From IMG/VR virus record IMGVR_UViG_3300021185_002503: a DNA stretch of 64,000 nt; one strand, given 5' to 3'. The translations under genes were made by a program, and so were the position numbers. Position 1 is the stretch's first letter. Each line of letters begins with the position of its first letter. This stretch comes from an uncultured virus (IMG/VR IMGVR_UViG_3300021185_002503). Lineage: Duplodnaviria; Heunggongvirae; Uroviricota; Caudoviricetes. Under the pieces are notes generated by a model, which had not been told where the DNA came from, searched no databases, and saw only the letters and a program-made list of their open reading frames with translations. Below, piece by piece: positions 59,943-64,000 of the stretch.

Positions 59943-60216
59943 AAAACCATATTGGGAAGAAGGTGATATAAGAACCTTTGACCTACAAAGTGATGATGCT
60001 GAATATGTTTGGCATCGTGATTTTGAAGATAGAGAAATCGAAGTTCTGGAAGGTGAAGGATGGCAATTTCAAATAGAAAATTGTCTCCCATGGTTGTTAA
60101 AGAAAGGAATGGTATTTGATATTAAAAAATTCGAATATCATAGATTAATAAAGGGGGTTACCCCATTAAAATGTAGGGTTTATTTATATGGCAACGGCAG
60201 CAGAGCAACGAACTGA
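59923..60216 (+). CDS. Cupin-like hypothetical protein
   Basis: WHRD..DRE...YHRLIKG. Confidence 0.55.
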   Translation: METIFGKKPYWEEGDIRTFDLQSDDAEYVWHRDFEDREIEVLEGEGWQFQIENCLPWLLKKGMVFDIKKFEYHRLIKGVTPLKCRVYLYGNGSRATN

Positions 60217-60487
60217 ACAAGCTAATCGATTAGATAGAATCGAAAAGAAAATTGATATAATGCAAGATGCGATTGTAGCCTTAGCTAGGGCTGAAGAAAA
60301 AATCACCACGTTGACCGATTTTGGTAAACAACAAGGAGAACAAATCCTAGCTCTTATAAATAGAGTTGATAGGTTAGAAGACTTAGTTAGAAGTAATGCT
60401 AGCACAGTCTCAGTAATTAACAAAATATTCTGGGTAGTCATTGCGGCGGCAGCCACTGGGATTACAGGAATGCTTTTTATGCATTAA
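60188..60487 (+). CDS. Coiled-coil protein with a C-terminal TM helix
   Basis: RLDRIEKKID heptads; hydrophobic C-terminus. Confidence 0.65.
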   Translation: MATAAEQRTEQANRLDRIEKKIDIMQDAIVALARAEEKITTLTDFGKQQGEQILALINRVDRLEDLVRSNASTVSVINKIFWVVIAAAATGITGMLFMH

Positions 60488-60502
60488 TAGGAGAATTTAA
60501 AA

Positions 60503-61288
60503 ATGGCAAAATTGCATGATAAAGAAACTCAAAGCATTGCTGCTACAGTAAGTGATGTACTTGAGGGTAAAGTAAAGAAAGAGGAAGTTAAATATCCTCA
60601 CATGATGTATAATCCAAAAAATGGTGAAGGCGTTGAAGTCAAAGATAAGGCTGAACACGAAAAATACCAGAAAATGGGTTGGGGTCATGATAAACCAAAA
60701 AATGAATCACCTGAAGAGCCAAAAGCTCCAGACGGAAAAAATGGTCCACAGACTGGTGAAAAAGACTTTAAAGGTAAACATAAGGTCAAAAAATCTGGTA
60801 AAACAGTAGACGGCTCTGATGTTAAAGAAGAAGTGGAGGAAGTAACTATCACTTTAGACGAAGCAAAAAAGCCTGGTAAGGGTAAGGAAAAAGCTGACAT
60901 CGATTGGATTGGAAGTAATGCTGACGCTAAGGCAGCAGAAAAAAAATTCAAAGTTAAAATTAAACTAAAAGGTCGTGGAACAGCTGACGTTACCGGAGAA
61001 AAGAAAAATATTGTAGCTATGTTATCAGATAACGATACATACGGTATGGATATGGACGATATCGCAGATATCTTTCCAGAACTATTTGAAGCTAAAGTTG
61101 CAGAAACTGCACCTGAAGTAGAAGTAGATGAATTATCAGATAAACAAAAGAGATACCAAGACTTCTTTAAAAAGGCTTTAAAGAAATTTGGTGTAGCGTC
61201 ACCGGCAGAACTCGATAAAGAGAAAAGAAAAGAATTCTTTGATTACGTCGATAAAAACTATGATGCAGGCGAAGGAGAAAGCGACTAA
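60503..61288 (+). CDS. Highly charged modular protein, probable head-internal
   Basis: KKEE, VKEEVEE, LDE, LFE, VDE junction motifs. Confidence 0.6.
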   Translation: MAKLHDKETQSIAATVSDVLEGKVKKEEVKYPHMMYNPKNGEGVEVKDKAEHEKYQKMGWGHDKPKNESPEEPKAPDGKNGPQTGEKDFKGKHKVKKSGKTVDGSDVKEEVEEVTITLDEAKKPGKGKEKADIDWIGSNADAKAAEKKFKVKIKLKGRGTADVTGEKKNIVAMLSDNDTYGMDMDDIADIFPELFEAKVAETAPEVEVDELSDKQKRYQDFFKKALKKFGVASPAELDKEKRKEFFDYVDKNYDAGEGESD

Positions 61289-61656
61289 TGAAAGATTTTT
61301 TTCAATTAAGACAAGAAATTAAAGTAAACGAAGATGTCAGAGACATGAAGAACTTTGACGATAGAAATCGTAAAGGTTTTGAAGCCAGAGCATACATTGA
61401 AGTAAAAAAAGGTAATACTAATAATAAATTCGATGATAACTTTGGATTCGATAAATCTGAAATGGAATATATGGATAAACTGATTAGTAAAATCAAGGGA
61501 ATGCATGTATCTAGCTTTGATGGAGGTTCTTCAGGACCAGCATCTTTAGAATTCTATGGTAAAAAAGCATCTTTAGATAAATTTGCTAAAGACAGAAAAG
61601 TACAACAGATTGCTAAAAAATATAAGTCAAAGGTAGAAGTATTCCTTAACAAATAG
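61288..61656 (+). CDS. Putative internal head protein
   Basis: MKDFFQLRQE. Confidence 0.6.
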   Translation: MKDFFQLRQEIKVNEDVRDMKNFDDRNRKGFEARAYIEVKKGNTNNKFDDNFGFDKSEMEYMDKLISKIKGMHVSSFDGGSSGPASLEFYGKKASLDKFAKDRKVQQIAKKYKSKVEVFLNK

Positions 61657-61683
61657 TATAGCCGAAAGGTTATAAATAACTAT

Positions 61684-62055
61684 ATGATGAAAGTATTTGA
61701 TAAGCTGAATAGAAAAAACTTTAAGCTCTATGCATCTGCGAATTATAATAATCCAGAATGTATAGATGTTGAAGAATTTAAAGAAGATGTAAATCGCTTT
61801 AAGTATATTAAACGATTACTGAGCAGATATGAAGCTCATGGCGATTTACAAGAACGATTAATATTAAATCACTTAATTGTGATTTTTAATGTTTTCGGTA
61901 TAGATGCTGCTAGCAAGATGTTATGGTATAAAGTGAGGGCAGAACACTGGACTTATATAAAACCATTTTTAGTCTACTTGCATTATTTACCTGAAGACGA
62001 TAGAGTAGAAATTGCTATGGACCCTTACATTGTTGAGGTACTAAGGAAACTATAA
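61684..62055 (+). CDS. Conserved T4-like hypothetical protein
   Basis: YNNPEC...EFKED..RFKYIKRLL...ERLILNHLI; late promoter. Confidence 0.75.
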   Translation: MMKVFDKLNRKNFKLYASANYNNPECIDVEEFKEDVNRFKYIKRLLSRYEAHGDLQERLILNHLIVIFNVFGIDAASKMLWYKVRAEHWTYIKPFLVYLHYLPEDDRVEIAMDPYIVEVLRKL

Positions 62056-62639
62056 TGGGATTAATATCAAGAGCTGGAGATATATTTTATGCACTTAGAT
62101 TCCTAAGATTATTAACAAAGTCTTGGGATGATATGGATGCATTTAAATACGGCATTATTGACAATAATGGTAAAGTATTGCGAAAAGCTAGTACTTTAAA
62201 AAATCCTGTAGAAAAAAGTTCATATACAATTTTTCATAGGTTAGTATTTAATCTAAAAAGATTATTAAATAAGTTACCTATAGGTAAAACAAAACTTGCA
62301 TCATATGCAACGGCTTTATTTTTAGTAAAAGAACATAGTGGAATGACCGAAAGCGAAATGGAAGATGTTCTTAATAAAGTTTTAGAAGATTGGGAAGTAG
62401 ATACAGTGAATGAGCAATGGTTCCAAAAGGATGGTAAAATTAATCCAGGTAAATATACCTTAAAGGAAGATGTTATATCATTAAATACAGGAGAACCTAT
62501 TGCTAGAGCTAAAGATATTGTAGAAGTAAAAGAAGCAATATCACCAGTCGGCAGTATATTTGGTACAGATATTTTCGAAGTAAAACATCTTAAAACGAAC
62601 CAAAGTATATATATTAATAGCGGGGAAATAACTAGATGA
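62055..62639 (+). CDS. Conserved T4-like hypothetical protein
   Basis: AFKYGIID, FHRLVFNLKRLL. Confidence 0.7.
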   Translation: MGLISRAGDIFYALRFLRLLTKSWDDMDAFKYGIIDNNGKVLRKASTLKNPVEKSSYTIFHRLVFNLKRLLNKLPIGKTKLASYATALFLVKEHSGMTESEMEDVLNKVLEDWEVDTVNEQWFQKDGKINPGKYTLKEDVISLNTGEPIARAKDIVEVKEAISPVGSIFGTDIFEVKHLKTNQSIYINSGEITR

Positions 62640-62881
62640 AATCATTTAAAGAAGTATGGGAAATGGCAGCCAACTCAGTAGGTGCTGGTGGCGTTTCAAT
62701 GCCAGCAGATGTTGTTTTCGATAAAAAGAAAAAGAAGCAAGAAAAAAGAATATATGACGGTAGAACTAAAGAAGGTCGTAAATTCGTAGAAAGAATGCTT
62801 GCAAGAAGAACAGCTAAAGAAAATAAACAGAAGTTGGTACAAGCTCAAAAGAATGCGGAAACTATAAAGACTAAAGAGTAA
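62636..62881 (+). CDS. Small basic protein
   Basis: MKSFKEVWE; DGRTKEGR. Confidence 0.65.
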   Translation: MKSFKEVWEMAANSVGAGGVSMPADVVFDKKKKKQEKRIYDGRTKEGRKFVERMLARRTAKENKQKLVQAQKNAETIKTKE

Positions 62882-62885
62882 TAAT

Positions 62886-63254
62886 ATGAGTAAAATATTG
62901 ATTGGAATTATTGTTGTTATGGGTTTAGGAAGTTACATTCTTTGGAATCAAAATGCAGAACTTAATAAGCTCAACCTAGCGTATGAGGTTAAGTTCGAAG
63001 AACAAGAGAGAACGATTCAAGCTATTCAGCAAAATCTAGAATCTACCGCAAAAAATTTAAAAAATTTACAAGTACAAAATCAACAATACGAAGCAGAAAT
63101 GACTGAGTATTTGGATATATTTAGAAGACATAATATTGCTAAGTTGGCGAGTGCAAAACCAGGCATGATTGAAAAACGTGCTAATGATAGAACAAAGGAG
63201 GCATTTGATGCAATTGAAGCAGATAGTAATCGCATTTCTAGCCTTAACGATTAG
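62886..63254 (+). CDS. Inner-membrane spanin-like protein
   Basis: N-terminal TM plus coiled coil; AKPGMIEKR; overlaps the lipoprotein gene. Confidence 0.7.
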   Translation: MSKILIGIIVVMGLGSYILWNQNAELNKLNLAYEVKFEEQERTIQAIQQNLESTAKNLKNLQVQNQQYEAEMTEYLDIFRRHNIAKLASAKPGMIEKRANDRTKEAFDAIEADSNRISSLND

Positions 63255-63702
63255 TGGCTGTTCCATACTTGGACCAAGAGAAGTCGAAGTAAAAACAGTT
63301 CCAATAAAGCTTGATATAGTACAACCAGTTTTACCAAGGCCCTTGGATTTAAAAGAGCCAAAATGGTATGTCGTTTCTGATACAAAGATAATTGAAAATT
63401 GTCTTAAAGACCCAGAAACGAAAAAGCCTAATTGTAAATTAGGTAGAGAAGATTTATATCCAGAGGGATATACATATCTAGATAGGTTTATCGATGATAT
63501 TAAAAAGAAGCATGGTGGCGATATAGTATTCGTAGCTATGACGGTAGCGGATTATGAGAATATGTCTTATAATACGCAAGAGATAAAAAGATACATAAAC
63601 CAGTTAGGCGAAGTGATAGTTTATTATAGGAATGTAACAATAAATGATAAAGATGCTGGAGCAATTGAAATTAAAGTGGAGAAAAAAGATGGCAACGAGT
63701 AG
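63208..63702 (+). CDS. Outer-membrane spanin-like lipoprotein
   Basis: Signal peptide with lipobox ISGC; Pro-rich; GGAGG RBS. Confidence 0.7.
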   Translation: MQLKQIVIAFLALTISGCSILGPREVEVKTVPIKLDIVQPVLPRPLDLKEPKWYVVSDTKIIENCLKDPETKKPNCKLGREDLYPEGYTYLDRFIDDIKKKHGGDIVFVAMTVADYENMSYNTQEIKRYINQLGEVIVYYRNVTINDKDAGAIEIKVEKKDGNE

Positions 63703-64000
63703 AATGAAAGATTTACACCATTGGGAAAGAGCAGCTTATGCAGCTAAACTTTCTGCAATAGCGTATATGAAACCAGATAAGGCAGAAGCAGCTGCAAAGA
63801 AATTAGGATTTCCATGGGCGAAATTAATTTCTAAAGATGGAGCTGAAGTATTAGTAGCAAAAGATAGAAATGATTTATGGTTTGCTTTCAGAGGAACAGA
63901 ACCTTCTAAATTAAATGATGTAATGGCAGACTTAAATGTTATTAAGAACACAGCAAAAGCTGGTGGTAAAGTACACGGCGGATTTCAAAAAGAAGTTAAC
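63689..64000 (+). CDS. Class-3 lipase-like protein, truncated by the window end; not in the ORF track
   Basis: MATSRMKD...SAIAY...WFAFRGTE...DVMADL...KVHGGF. Confidence 0.75.
   Translation, partial: MATSRMKDLHHWERAAYAAKLSAIAYMKPDKAEAAAKKLGFPWAKLISKDGAEVLVAKDRNDLWFAFRGTEPSKLNDVMADLNVIKNTAKAGGKVHGGFQKEVN

Noticed and set aside
4905..63951. The many minus-strand ORFs of 60-166 aa
   Set aside because: They lie antisense to well-supported + strand genes, lack RBS or motifs, and show typical antisense-shadow composition
1..64000. Stop-codon reassignment
   Set aside because: Core genes translate full length in the standard code, and no suppressor tRNA is seen

Overview
A 64-kb, AT-rich segment of a T4-like (Tevenvirinae/Kyanoviridae-style) myophage genome, with essentially all genes on the + strand. 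The host is probably an aquatic Gammaproteobacterium, inferred from an E. coli-like bS21 and apparent GATC avoidance. Gene order: (1) end of a collagen-like fibre gene and two collagen-modifying-type enzymes; (2) the gp13-gp23 morphogenesis block with a RimK-RimB-like insertion; (3) gp3, uvsY, uvsW, gp55, gp47, gp46 and two tRNAs; (4) a VWA + MoxR/CobS-like pair; (5) gp45, gp44, gp62, regA, hsp20, gp43; (6) a cytosine-replacement/DNA-glycosylation cluster; (7) ahpC, rpsU, uvsX, gp41; (8) a long late block of proteins with T4-type capsid-targeting N-termini, then spanins and a lipase. Two promoter classes are visible: TGTACA-N17-TA(T/C)AAT and late TATAAATA. The most notable observations are a single-polypeptide COLGALT + PLOD-GT + lysyl-hydroxylase enzyme beside a G-X-K-G-rich collagen fibre; an hmC pathway with an atypical C5-methyltransferase and sugar-nucleotide enzymes; a putative virion-packaged enzyme set (ligase-like, nucleotidyltransferase, nuclease-like, RimK); an ORF-less antisense promoter driving a G-rich RNA; and ROSE-like bulged-G hairpins. 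All protein assignments come from motif recognition by eye, not from database searches.
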